From contig OZ024743.1 in assembly GCA_964016885.1 (NCBI GenBank), positions 109,368,001-109,432,000 on the forward strand: DNA of 64,000 nucleotides. The letters are read 5' to 3'. This DNA comes from Eledone cirrhosa (Eukaryota). Made by a program: the position numbers and the translations under genes. The notes beneath the pieces are model-generated. The model had not been told where the DNA came from. It made no database searches and saw only the letters and a program-made list of their open reading frames with translations. Shown here piece after piece: positions 28,755 through 40,639 of the stretch; the first letter of the stretch is position 1; each line of letters opens with the position of its first letter.

Positions 28755-28914
28755 TTGCTTTATTGCATAGAGCTATGGCCTTCCACGCTCCGAGCTCAAA
28801 TCCCGCCGAGGTCAACCTTGCCTTTCATCCCCACGGAGTCAACAAAAGAGAGCACCAGTAATGCGCTGGTACAATCGCTGGCTCCGTGCTAAAAGAAGAA
28901 CAATTATTATTATT
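28755..28914 (+). mobile_element. 5'-truncated, more diverged SINE in tandem
   Basis: GAGCTCAAATCCCGCCGAGGTCAACCTTGCCTTTCATCC...AGAACAATTATTATT. Confidence 0.85.
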
Positions 28915-29245
28915 ACAGTTGTTGTTTTCTTAAGGCCCGATCGCTGGAGTAGGTGATGGCGGTGGTGGATGGTGGTGGTGGTGGTGGTGGAAGTTGATGT
29001 TGTTGTTGTCTTGTGTGTGTGTGTATGTGTGTGTGTGTGTGTTTGTGTGTGTGTTTGTGTGTGTGTTTGTGTGTGTTTTTCTTTTTTCTGTTTTTTTATC
29101 GTTTGATGCCGCTGTTTTTGTTGTAAATGTCCATTTCATTTCATTCTGAAGAAATTGTTGGTGTACAAATTAGTGCCGCTGTTGTTGCTGTTTTAGATGT
29201 TGGGGTTGAAATCTGGTCGCTTGATTGAGTGATATATACACACAC

Positions 29246-29323
<78 letters not shown>

Positions 29324-29977
29324 TACTTGTCTCACTCGCTTTACGCGACTCACTTGTCCCAATAGCTTTTTTTAGTTATTGCTCGCACCAACCTGAGGTA
29401 TATGATTTTTAATGCGATGAAATACCAATGATAGTTGGCAAATCACTGACGAGGGACTAATTTTATAATATGTAACCCATGTGCAATCACGCAGTATTCC
29501 TCTTCTCATGTTATATATATATATAGGCACACACATTCAAAACAGAGTAGAGAGTTTGCCGACAGGTCAGTGACTTTACTCTACAAGGGTAATGACATGT
29601 GTAAATTTAAATGCGGTGGTCGGGTGAGAGTGTAGACGTTATTGTAGTGGCCTGACATTGAGATGTATCTAGTTCATTTGTCCGTTTTCTTCTCTTTGCA
29701 AAATGTTAGCCATGTTATATTGAGATGTAAGTAAAAGTAAAATGTAAAATATAAATAAGGATTGCTCTAGCATATTATACGAAAATATTTGTCTAACTTC
29801 CACAAACTTGTGTCATGATATTCCTGAGTCCTGTGAGCAAAAATGGGTTGTATTTTGATGTTTCAGAATACAAAAATTAATTAAAAACTTACCCCACCAA
29901 AAGACAGCGTGTGTTGTCCTATCTATAAGCTCCCTACACATACATACACACACAAACACACATATTATATACACTCA

Positions 29978-30017
<40 letters not shown>

Positions 30018-30468
30018 TTTTATTTTTTTTTATTTTTTTATTTTTTTATTTTTTTATTTGTTTATCTCTTTGGTACAAACCACGTGAAATGGTGGCAGGA
30101 TAGATGTCAACCCACACACACAAATTATTCTGAACATAGCAGCAGCAAACCAAACTGACCTGCCAGCTCACCCCTTAACACCACTACCAGCATAATGGAG
30201 GAGGTCAGCTGTACTTAAACAAACGCAACCACAACAGATTGTCTTGCCTAAGAAAAATTTCCATAGACTTTTGACTGAGGAATGTTCTCACAACTGACCA
30301 ATGGGATCAGAGAGTGTCCTATGACTCCGAAATTCATTTGTTCGAATTCATGTGATTCCAGTTCCTCATAGAAATAACAACGCAACCAGGAGCTGGACAT
30401 ATCGGAGTATTGACGGAGTAAAACACACTTCAAAAACAGGTGTACCTGTCTCTACCACATCAATTCGG

Positions 30469-30523
30469 ACTGCCTGAAGAGGTCACAGCCAATGATGGCT
30501 GTCACCGAAATATATATAGCAGT
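30469..30523 (+). ncRNA. Type I hammerhead ribozyme (minimal palindromic stem III)
   Basis: ACTGC-CTGAAGA-GGTCACAGCCA.ATGA.TGGCTGTCACC-GAAA-TATATA-TA-GCAGT: stem I is 5 bp, stem II is 10 bp with one mismatch, core intact. AATAAA follows at 30532 and a TA array at 30672. Confidence 0.85.
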
Positions 30524-30668
30524 ATATCTTTAATAAACGAAGCCAACTTTTAAATATTTGACTTAATTATTTTACATTACTACGGAGTAACCAAACCAAC
30601 CTGCGTACTTCGTCGAGTGCGCCAATCTGCATACTGATGTGTCGGTAAACAAACCAACATATACTCAA

Positions 30669-30746
<78 letters not shown>

Positions 30747-30774
30747 ATATAGACATATATAGGCATATATATAA

Positions 30775-30822
<48 letters not shown>

Positions 30823-30824
<2 letters not shown>

Positions 30825-31015
30825 GTTATTCCGGGTTGAATCGGAGGTAACCACAGTAAGTAAGGTACTCAATACATAGCAGAGTATAACAGTTTTAATA
30901 TAGATGAGATTCTACAGGACTAGAACTGTTTCATTCATTAGAAATCATCAGGAATCTCCTGATGATTTCTAATGAATGAAACAGTTCTAGTCCTGTAGAA
31001 TCTCATCTATATTAA

Positions 31016-31019
<4 letters not shown>
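30823..31019 (-). mobile_element. Miniature fold-back pLTR element in (TA)n
   Basis: Perfect 63-bp inverted arms 30891-30953 and 30957-31019, 3-nt loop, 68-nt unpaired tail 30823-30890. Confidence 0.88.
30906..30958 (-). ncRNA. Type I hammerhead ribozyme
   Basis: Minus strand GAGATTC-CTGATGA-T.TTC.TAAT.GAA.T-GAAA-CAG.TTCTAGTC.CTG-TA-GAATCTC: perfect 7-bp stem I, GUA cleavage triplet. Confidence 0.85.
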
Positions 31020-31053
<34 letters not shown>

Positions 31054-31064
31054 TTATATATATA

Positions 31065-31475
31065 TTTCGTTTCTGAATTTGTTTAGCAAGATTCTTTATC
31101 TGAAATCGTGTGTTGAAACCGATATTGTTATACTTTAGGAGGGTCATGTTGCCAATAAGAAACACACGCACCAGTTGCTTTCACTTCAATTTATTATATA
31201 TTTTTAAATTTATAAATTTACAAATCTACAAACTTATAAATTTCTGGTTGGTTGGTTGGTTCCACAACCAGATAGTTGTTTATATATAGTCATAGTCCTT
31301 TCGTCACACATTCTGTGACCTCTTCAGTGACTGGGGATTCCTTTCTTTGTTTCTGTGCCTTTCCTTTCTTCTGTCCTACGCCATTTTGTTTCTGTGTGTG
31401 TGTTGTGTGCTCAGTTTGAAGTGAAAGCAACAGGTGCGTGTGTTTCTTATTGGCAACATGACCCTCCCAAAGTAT

Positions 31476-31483
<8 letters not shown>
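31065..31483 (-). mobile_element. PLE pLTR fragment (family B) with short inverted copy, in (TA)n
   Basis: 68-bp inverted arms 31122-31189 and 31416-31483; 57-nt tail 31065-31121; homologous to 45404-46906. Confidence 0.88.
31288..31332 (-). ncRNA. Minimal type I hammerhead ribozyme (family B)
   Basis: Minus strand AGTCA-CTGAAGA-G.GTCACA.GAATG.TGTGAC-GAAA-GGAC-TA-TGACT; homologues at 45558-45600 (-) and 46652-46696 (+). Confidence 0.75.
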
Positions 31484-31531
<48 letters not shown>

Positions 31532-32705
31532 GGATATATATATATATATATATATGTCTACGTGTGTGTGTGAACATGTGTTTTTGTGTGCGTACATGTG
31601 TGTCTGTGTCTGTGTCTCTGTGTGTATGTAATTAATGTACTTTAGAATCGATACAACTCCATGCATCGCACGACATGTTTCGAACTAGAAAAAAGAATTA
31701 TGGAAAATTTAATACGAACCAATTTTCATTTGTCTTATTTTAAGTATTTGAATATTTTTCTTTGAGAATTATTTATATATTTATTTCATTCATTGTTGGT
31801 TCCATTAAAAAAAATTGAAAGCGACTTTGGGAGCCGATATTTTGTTCAACATATTATGATCAGTAGCTATTCATGAGAATAAGAAAAGATATAAAAAAAA
31901 CATAACAGTTAATTTGTATGCGTCTTAATTAGATTCCAACACTTGTATTTTAAAACCTCGCATGCAAACGTTCTTGAGAGTTTTCTGATTTTTATTAGAT
32001 TTTTAACTGTGAGAATTTATTATTATCGACTTGAATTCTTCTTCGTCATTAAAAATGGCAATGTTATGGCACTTGCGAACAAAGTCTCTGCATTAAAGTT
32101 AATTATAAAATAGAGGTAATCATGGAATTTTCTCTCTGTTAGAAAGGAAAGGTTTTTCTCTAGAAATCGAGCTGCATGTCGGTGAATAGAAATTAAGGTG
32201 ATACTCATTCAAAACCGAGAATCAAGTAGCAAGGAAAAAAAATCGTAAATGTCGTTTTCTCTTTTCATTTTATACTATTTCAGCGTGCAATTCATATGGC
32301 AATATGCATCAGCGACCCATAGACAGACACACATCCGTCACATAGCGTATGTATATATATATATATATATGTATATTAAATGTATATATGAATACAATAT
32401 ACAATATGATTAGATAGATGTTTATGTGTATGTGTGTGTTTTTTTTTGGGGGGGGGGCGTGAATAACATGTGTGAGTTTGCTTTGGGTTCATGTGAATTC
32501 CGCTGTGTATAAGAGATCTATTGCGATATTTTATTTCTTTCCCGTATACAACTACTGATTTTTTAACTATGAATCTAATTATTTCCGTATCAAGTTATAA
32601 TTCTGTCTGCATTTATTTATCTGTATGTACATATCTATGCCCCTCTGCTTGCCTATCAATCTATCTATCCGTATGCCTCTTTATTTGATTCCATTTATCT
32701 CAATC

Positions 32706-32788
<83 letters not shown>

Positions 32789-32817
32789 TCTCTTCCTCTC
32801 TCTCTTTATATATATAT

Positions 32818-32877
<60 letters not shown>

Positions 32878-33029
32878 ATATATATATATACGATATTCAA
32901 TATTCAAATGCAAAACGCCTTGTGAGTATGCAATCTTCTAATAAATCAAATAATATGCATTTCCATTAGCCAATGTACATGAACATATATATCGCCAGGT
33001 GTTTTCTAAAGTTATACGTATACATACAT

Positions 33030-33093
<64 letters not shown>

Positions 33094-34937
33094 GTTGTCT
33101 AAACTGTTTTATGTTAAATGCCTCTGTTCTATTATTCCTTAATATTGTGTCATTACATTGTTAAATTTTCTGTAATTCTAATCAAAATTGTTGCATTTCG
33201 TTAATTACATTCGATGTATCCCATGTAATCTATACACATCTCGTAATATTTAAAATTAATTTGAGTTATTGAAGACTGACTAATGTTATTTTATATTTCC
33301 ATATATTTGTAGCTTCATATTAAATTATTCTTTTAATGCTTAGTGATTGGTTTATTTGTTTACCTTCTTTTTTCAATTAAATAAAATCGAAATATTCTGT
33401 TATATTTCTAGGCCACCGCCTTCACCCAAATTCAGAAAACAAAACAAAAATATAAAATTAAATAAAGTTTTCATAAGAAACCTGCCTTAAAATTTAAGCA
33501 CATTCTATTCGATATGAATTATCTCAGTTTTATAATATAATGTCATTGAAGGAAAATTATATTTGCATTCTATATAATACTAAAATGATTTTCGAATTCT
33601 ATTCTAATTAATTACAAATATTACTCATTAATTGTATAATTGTTTAATCAACTCTAATTTGCATTAGCATCATTCGGAAAATAATTAAATAGGTTTCGTG
33701 TCGTGAATGCCAAATTACCGTTTCAGATATCTCGGGAGAAATCTAGTATAAATACGTAAATGGTTGAAAACAGCCAGCTAAACAATATTATGTAACGAGA
33801 TGCAAACTAAGGCAATATATTTTTTGGATAGGCTGTATGTTGCCATATTATGAGTTTAGGTAGTATATCTATTTTCGAGAGTACTTCATTCTCCGCCGTT
33901 GCTAAATTATATATACTAAGCTGTTTTACTTTTTCCAAAAACTAAGCATTGTAGATTAGGATTCTGCCTCAATAATACGTTTTCGTTTAGAAGAAAAATG
34001 TCTGACCTTTGGTGAGAATTATTTTCTGTTAAAGAATTCTATCTAGCCGAAAAAAATGTTTGCTTCAAGTAATGAGGAACCAAATGTAAACCCAAGAAAT
34101 GAAGATTTCTTTCTTTGAAAATACGTTTAATAAAATATTCTGTGCTTCATTGTTTACGAAAATGAAGAGCTGGACCATGGCTCTTGTGGCCTTTTCATGT
34201 AGAATCACCAGTAAACTATTTTGAATGGCATATTAATGTAACTATGGAATTAATTCCACTTTAGAATAGTCTGTGTTTGGCTTAATGTATTACTAAGATA
34301 TTTGCTGAAATCTTCACTGATACTCCCGCCATAGAACTATACTGTCTGTCAACGAAGTGTTCAACAAATGAGTTTCCTTCTAAATAAGCTTTGTTGGTGC
34401 CGATTAGTTTAAGCCGGTCGTCAGTTATAGTTTCTCCGAATTGGAATCTAAATACATAGTAATATACCCATTGCAAAATGTCTGCCGGTAAATGGTTTTA
34501 AATTATTTTTTTCAGTATATTACATGATTTTCTGTTGGAACACACGTTTCAATATAAACAAATCTACGCCTATTTGTATTTAAATGGATAATATTAATGA
34601 GATAAATATTAGAGTTTAACTTACAACGAGAAAATTATAAAATATAAAGAAACAAATAAACAATTATATCAAGAAAATTATGTAACAAAAGGTATAGGAT
34701 TGATGAAAATTGCAACAAAAATATAGATTTGAAAAAAAATATAGAAAGAAACCAGAAAAGCAATGACCAACTGACATTTTGTAGAAAGCAAAAATAAGTG
34801 ATGGAAAAATATTTGTGTAGAAAAGCAAAGATTTTAAGTTGACGTGTGATAAGTTTAATGTATTAAGGAGCATAACGAGGAAGCGGATGGCAAAAAGAAC
34901 TATGTAGAATATATAAGTATGAAAATATGTCGAATAC

Positions 34938-34976
<39 letters not shown>

Positions 34977-35029
34977 TTACTACTACTACCATCACCACTT
35001 GGGTACTCCACTAATTCTAAACAAACCTA

Positions 35030-36620
35030 CACCCAAAGAGTACTCTATAAGGGCGCCCCTCTCCAGTCTACAGACGCATTGTCAGATTAGGCCCATTCAT
35101 GCGGGCCATCCAAGTTACAATCATCCACCATTTAACAAATATCCTGGTGAGAACACTCTCCTCTCAATCCTCATATTTCCTTTCAATTGCAACTTGAAAA
35201 AGTGGATAAGTGCTTACTCGAAGAGGAAAATGTCTCTCTCTGTTATGTCCATTCAACGGCGTCCAGTAAACAAACATTTCCATGCAGCCCTTCTCAGCTA
35301 GAGCAAGGTGGTGGCATGATTTTGACGATGGTCTCGGTCTATAGTCGGATCCGTTCTGCACGAGATAGTACCTGTTCGACAAAATTCCACGAGTCAGAAA
35401 TGCGTAGACACGGGCCGAGTACGTGCAGACCGGTAACGCCTATCTTCACGTAACTTGCCCAGGTCCGTCCGTCCGAAACTGTCGAATTTATCTGGAAATG
35501 ACAGACCCACCCTTCCCCGGTAGTACTGCCAAGTGTGTGCTTTCTCGAAATTGATCATAGTCCTCGGCTCAAAAGTACTTTTGAACACATTGGTCAGTTC
35601 TATTTTGTTGAAGTCCAGAAAGGCTCCGCCATGTCACCCTTGCCCACCGGGAGTTCTATATAAAATTCTAGAGTGGAATGTACATTTCCCTTCTGGTTGA
35701 ATTCATTCCAGGTGTATGGCGCCGCCTATTCGCGGTCTTGATATATATTTACACATATTGAGATACACCCTCCGCGGAGATTGTGTTGGGAGCATATGGA
35801 CCACTTAAATAATGGAACCTGTCCCGTTCACAAGAAGTTGGAGAGCAGGCCCTACCATTTGGGGAGGCCTAAACGGAGATAAGACAAGATGCTCATGCGG
35901 TAACAGATGACGGACGCGATGTACACGTGCGCCACATCCACGCAATCTTTCCAGGTTAAGTTTTGCTCCCGTCAACCTTCCATATTCCTCCAAGAAGATA
36001 CCAACTACCTCGATTTACGAGGTGTTCGACACCATCACGGTGATGTCATGCGATTATGGCGACACAGCCTTTTCGCGTCTCATTTTGAACGAGATGCCCT
36101 GCAACAGCTCTAGCTTCGGTAGAAATGGCTCAAGAGTGAATATGTACAGAAAGAGTATTTTTGATGCATCAATCGAGAGATCTGAAAGTTTCCAAAATTT
36201 GGTCTTTAACTTTGACCACTGAGATGATGCCGCTAGGCATTACAGCGATTCAGCCTCTGAAAACGGGACCGAAGCCAGCTGCTTTAAAGAGAGCCTCCAA
36301 GTATCGATGGTCGAGCCTATCGTAGCATTCAATTCATCTAAATTGATCAGTTGCCTACTGAAGCCAGATATACACACAGTCGTCTCTATGATGTGGAGGA
36401 CGTTGTATATGGACATGGTCGTGATTGCTCAAGATTGCAGCTCCTCTACCAAATACTCGACGAAAAGCGTCAACTTCTCCACTAAGGCCTTGGCCAAACT
36501 CCTACACTCCTACACTCTGTGTTTAGGGCCTGAAGTGATCTACCGTATCTCTCTTTTTCTCGCACTTCCTTATCAACGTCACTACGCCTCGGCTCACGGA
36601 ACTGGGAATAATCCCATTCT
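35030..36620 (-). pseudogene. Older Tx1/L1-like ORF2 fragment
   Basis: Parallels the 23.5-25.7 kb element: VLEEYGRLTGAKLNLE, LEALFKAAGFGPVFRG and the LAKALVE region. Heavily decayed; flanked by (CTA)n and (AAG)n(ATG)n. Confidence 0.75.
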
Positions 36621-36657
36621 ACAGCCAGTTACAATAAAGAAGAAGAAGAAGAAGAAG

Positions 36658-36688
<31 letters not shown>

Positions 36689-36728
36689 TGATGATGATGA
36701 TGATGATGATGATGGTGATGATGAAAAA

Positions 36729-36767
<39 letters not shown>

Positions 36768-38062
36768 GAAGAAGAAGAGTTTCATGCATTTGGTGTAAAG
36801 TACGTTTAATGTGAAATTTGTGAAGTATGTGATAGAGATGATGATGAGAACGAGGAAAATATTGATGTTGAATATAATGATCATGATGTAGCAGCATGCA
36901 ACAGTGTTCATTAGTGATACAGCGAAGCTGATTAACTGCTCTTCTTCCTTCCAGTGGTAAAACTATAATCACCAAAAAGTAATTAGTGTTTGAGCTGCAG
37001 CTCATATCCTTAGAAATAAAGGTCTGACTGTAATTGCAGGAGATAAAATAAACATTAAAAGTTCAAAACACTGGGAAATAGCCCCAGAAATATCTAATTA
37101 AATCTTGTATATGGACAATAAGTTAATACATCAAAGTAAAAGTATCATTTCCAATTTATTGCAAATATTGATTTATTTTGTACATCGTTCACTAGTAGTG
37201 ATCGAATGGGAAATTCACATCAAACTGTAATGGTTTTTATGTTTTTTTTTTTTTCATAATGACACTAACGTGATTCCTTAAATCTTGAACCTCACAGTAT
37301 CATTTTGATTGCGTGCAATGCATTTCCCTGTGCTTGCATGCTAAAGAAAAAAAATGAACCTCAAATGCATGAGTCCATTTTAAATTCTTATTTCTGAATG
37401 AGTTTAAAGTTTATTGGTACAATTCAATTGTATTTTTCTTGAAGATAACATATATATAATTTAAATTAAGAAACAAAGTTGATGCCTTTTTCTTGTGTGT
37501 CTTTAACTGTCTGATCAAAGACTAATATCATTCAACCGCAATCACAACATTAATTGTTTCGCATATAGTGTATTTATGTATTTATTGAATGTGTAAAAGA
37601 AGAGTTTAATTAGAAATATACATAAATCACTAGCATTCCAAGAGATCCACAAGAATATCCTATGCCTCAGTAACAACTTATTTACTCTAAATAGGGCGGC
37701 TGTTTAAATTTCTCTGTATTCTGAAATTTCAACTGATATTCAGGCTGCGGAAAATAGAATTAGCATTGCTTTTTATTTTAGATTTCGTTTCTTTTTTGTG
37801 ATTTTTTATTAATGGTTATCTCAGGATAATAGGACAAAATATTTTTTTCCGAATTCCTAGTTCAGTTTTTGTAACAAAGTATATTTTTATGATGAATTAA
37901 TTCTCTTTACAATATCTATATTTTTAAAAGCTTTAAATTTATTCATAGAGATTGTCAGAATCTAATCGTTGAGTAAAGCCTCTAATACACAAAACGTATC
38001 CAAAAGTTCAACAGTGTGTAGATGTTTTATATGGAGTGAGGATATATTGTATATATATATAT

Positions 38063-38530
38063 ATAGTGGTGGAACACTGGAAGGTAATATCCGTAGTGGT
38101 AGAGCACTCAGTCCAAGGGACGTGTTAGGTAGAAGTGGTTACACAACAGTTCAGCATACCGAGAATACTTGTTTTACCTTCGCGGATCTTCAGCTCGGGA
38201 TGTGTGTGGTTATAGGAACAGGAAGGACAACCGTACGAACGCGCATGCGCAGAAACTCGGTCACTTCACACAGGCAATAATAGACTGCGTGCGGGAGGTG
38301 TAAGGGAGATAACTGCGAACGTCCGGAAAATGTTTAGGTTGAAAATAAAATTAAAAAAATTAAAAATAAAATTACAAAGAATCAGTCCGGAGCCTTGTAG
38401 TTATGTAATACATGTTTGGTGACGTGTGGACAACGTGTGAAAAATTCACTCCTCGCGTTTAGGCAATCACTGGTGTAGTACAATATGTGTATATTACAAA
38501 TAATCAGAAACCAGCAGTTGAAACGGCAAG
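38063..38530 (-). mobile_element. 3' end of a Penelope-like element (EN C-terminus plus pLTR) in (TA)n
   Basis: CLNARSEFFTRCPHVTKHVLHNYKAPD* matches the EN C-termini at 41.0 kb (CLNTKTEMFTSC) and 63.8 kb (LNRKSEMFSSCQH). An HHR fold lies downstream and a TA array at the 3' end. Confidence 0.8.
38155..38202 (-). ncRNA. Degenerate minimal hammerhead ribozyme
   Basis: Minus strand CATCCCGAG-CTGAAGA-T.CC.GCGAA.GG.T-AAAA-CAAGTA-TT-CTCGGTATG: stem I 8/9 paired, but GAAA is changed to AAAA. Confidence 0.6.
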
Positions 38531-38539
38531 TGCTCAGCC

Positions 38540-38722
38540 GTCGGGTTGGCAGTATCGGTAGAGGGTCAGACGCCATGACTTGCAACAAAGAGTTACGGCC
38601 TTTTATGGTTTGAGTTCAAATCCCGCCGAGGTTAACTTTGCCTTTCATCCTAACGGGGTCGATAAAATAAAGTACCAGTAATACCATGGAATAATTGCTG
38701 TGCCAGAAGTAGAAACAATTAT
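38540..38722 (+). mobile_element. tRNA-derived SINE
   Basis: A and B boxes and body as in the other copies; small 3' deletion. Confidence 0.9.
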
Positions 38723-38757
38723 ATATATATATATATATATGTGTCTGTGTATGTGTG

Positions 38758-38854
<97 letters not shown>

Positions 38855-38913
38855 ATGTGTGTGTGTGTGTTACAGTGTGTACGGATGCGCGCACGTGTCT
38901 ATATATATTAATG

Positions 38914-38948
<35 letters not shown>

Positions 38949-39362
38949 GAATAAACAAGAGAGATGAACACTAATATAAACATACATGTGTTCGAATCGT
39001 ACGGACCAAGTTTGCTAGGGTGAAAAAATACTAACTACAGCAATATGGTTTGTCGGACATAAATTTTAAATATTAAATAAAGAAAAATAACAGACCTATA
39101 TTGGGAAATCGCCTGATGACAAATAGACAGTTTTGGAGACTGTTCCGCAACATCTTAATAAGTGAAGTCCACGCTTTTATCTGTTACTCAGTAGTTGTTG
39201 AGAAATTAGTGATCCTTCCACTTCTAGAAATATTATAGACTGAATTGCGTGCGATAAGAAACGCTTTTTTCTTAGAGCTATTTAATTGTAAGCGATTACC
39301 CCGAGTTTCTAACTCACTATATATATGTACATTGTATATTATATATATATATACATACATTG

Positions 39363-39403
<41 letters not shown>

Positions 39404-39537
39404 CCGGATGGCTTCCAAAAATAATGGTTGCATTTTAATAGGGTACGTCAAAGCTTATTTGTAAAACTGTTATATATTGTATTTTGTATAATGAAATAAA
39501 TATAGTTTTATAAATATAGTTTCCATTTATTAATATC

Positions 39538-39569
<32 letters not shown>

Positions 39570-39576
<7 letters not shown>

Positions 39577-39720
39577 GTATAATAAACAATACAATATAAT
39601 TACCTCATTACCAGAGGTTTCCCGAATAACACGAATACGAAAAACGTCCTCATTCGTTCGTCGGACAAGGCAATTTAAAACATAGTGAAATATTTGGAAA
39701 GTCTCCTCAAGAAATGCAAA
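39570..39720 (-). mobile_element. pLTR-like element, tail-less, ending in (TA)n (same family as 62845-63090)
   Basis: AAACAATACAA.ATAATTACCTCATTA.CAGAGGTTTCC.GAATAA is shared with 62.85-62.93 kb. Confidence 0.75.
39598..39675 (-). ncRNA. Type I hammerhead fold with CCGACGA core variant
   Basis: Minus strand AATTGCCTTGT-CCGACGA-A.CGAATGA...TTATTCG.G-GAAA-CCTCTGG-TA-ATGAGGTAATT: long stem I, 7-bp stem II, GUA site. Confidence 0.7.
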
Positions 39721-40375
39721 AAATATATAAATAAAAGTAATGAAAGAGATATATAAAAAATATAAGGAAATATAGATAGGGTATGTGTATATGTATGTAT
39801 ATACACTCACAAATGTACATATGTGTGTATGTACAAATGCATGTGTATGGTGAAAATGTGTGCGTAAGTACATATATGAGGGCAAGTATATTTGTGTACA
39901 TGTGACCACAAATACGTATATAATATGAGTTGATAAAGAAAATGTATGATAATATAGTTGACACGCATCCAGATACAGGTATTAAATACACATACGAGTA
40001 TGAAAGCACGCGTATAAACACACATACATGCGCGGTCACTTATATTACGAAGATAAAGAGGGATGGGAGTGTAATAGTAAAAAGAAGAGTCATTCTCGAT
40101 ATATGTATAAAAATGAAACAATATATGAGAATTAAAAAAATGTAAATCAAAGAGAAAATAATCAATTAACACTAGAGAACAGAAAACAAACATAGGTACG
40201 TACATACATACACATATATATATATATATAAAATATATATTATACACACAAATACGTACAGACAAAAGCGCATGCATGCGTACATACATACACACGAGGC
40301 ACACACACACACAGCATATATATATATATATATATATATATCGCCCCATGTATATCTTATCACACGTACGTACGC

Positions 40376-40420
<45 letters not shown>

Positions 40421-40639
40421 CATACACACCCATACATACATATACATATATATAGATATACATACACATATATATATACATTCTCCCGCATACATACACA
40501 CGTAAAAATAAGAATGTAAAAAAACATAGATATAAAAACACACATAAACACACATATATATAGGTACGCACGCACACATACGGAGGCGTCCGTATACATA
40601 TAGAGAACGTATACACACATAAGCACACTTAGACACATA

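Noticed and set aside
39105-39180. CTGATGA followed by a small hairpin as a hammerhead
   Set aside because: No GAAA-stem III-UH or stem I partner could be found.
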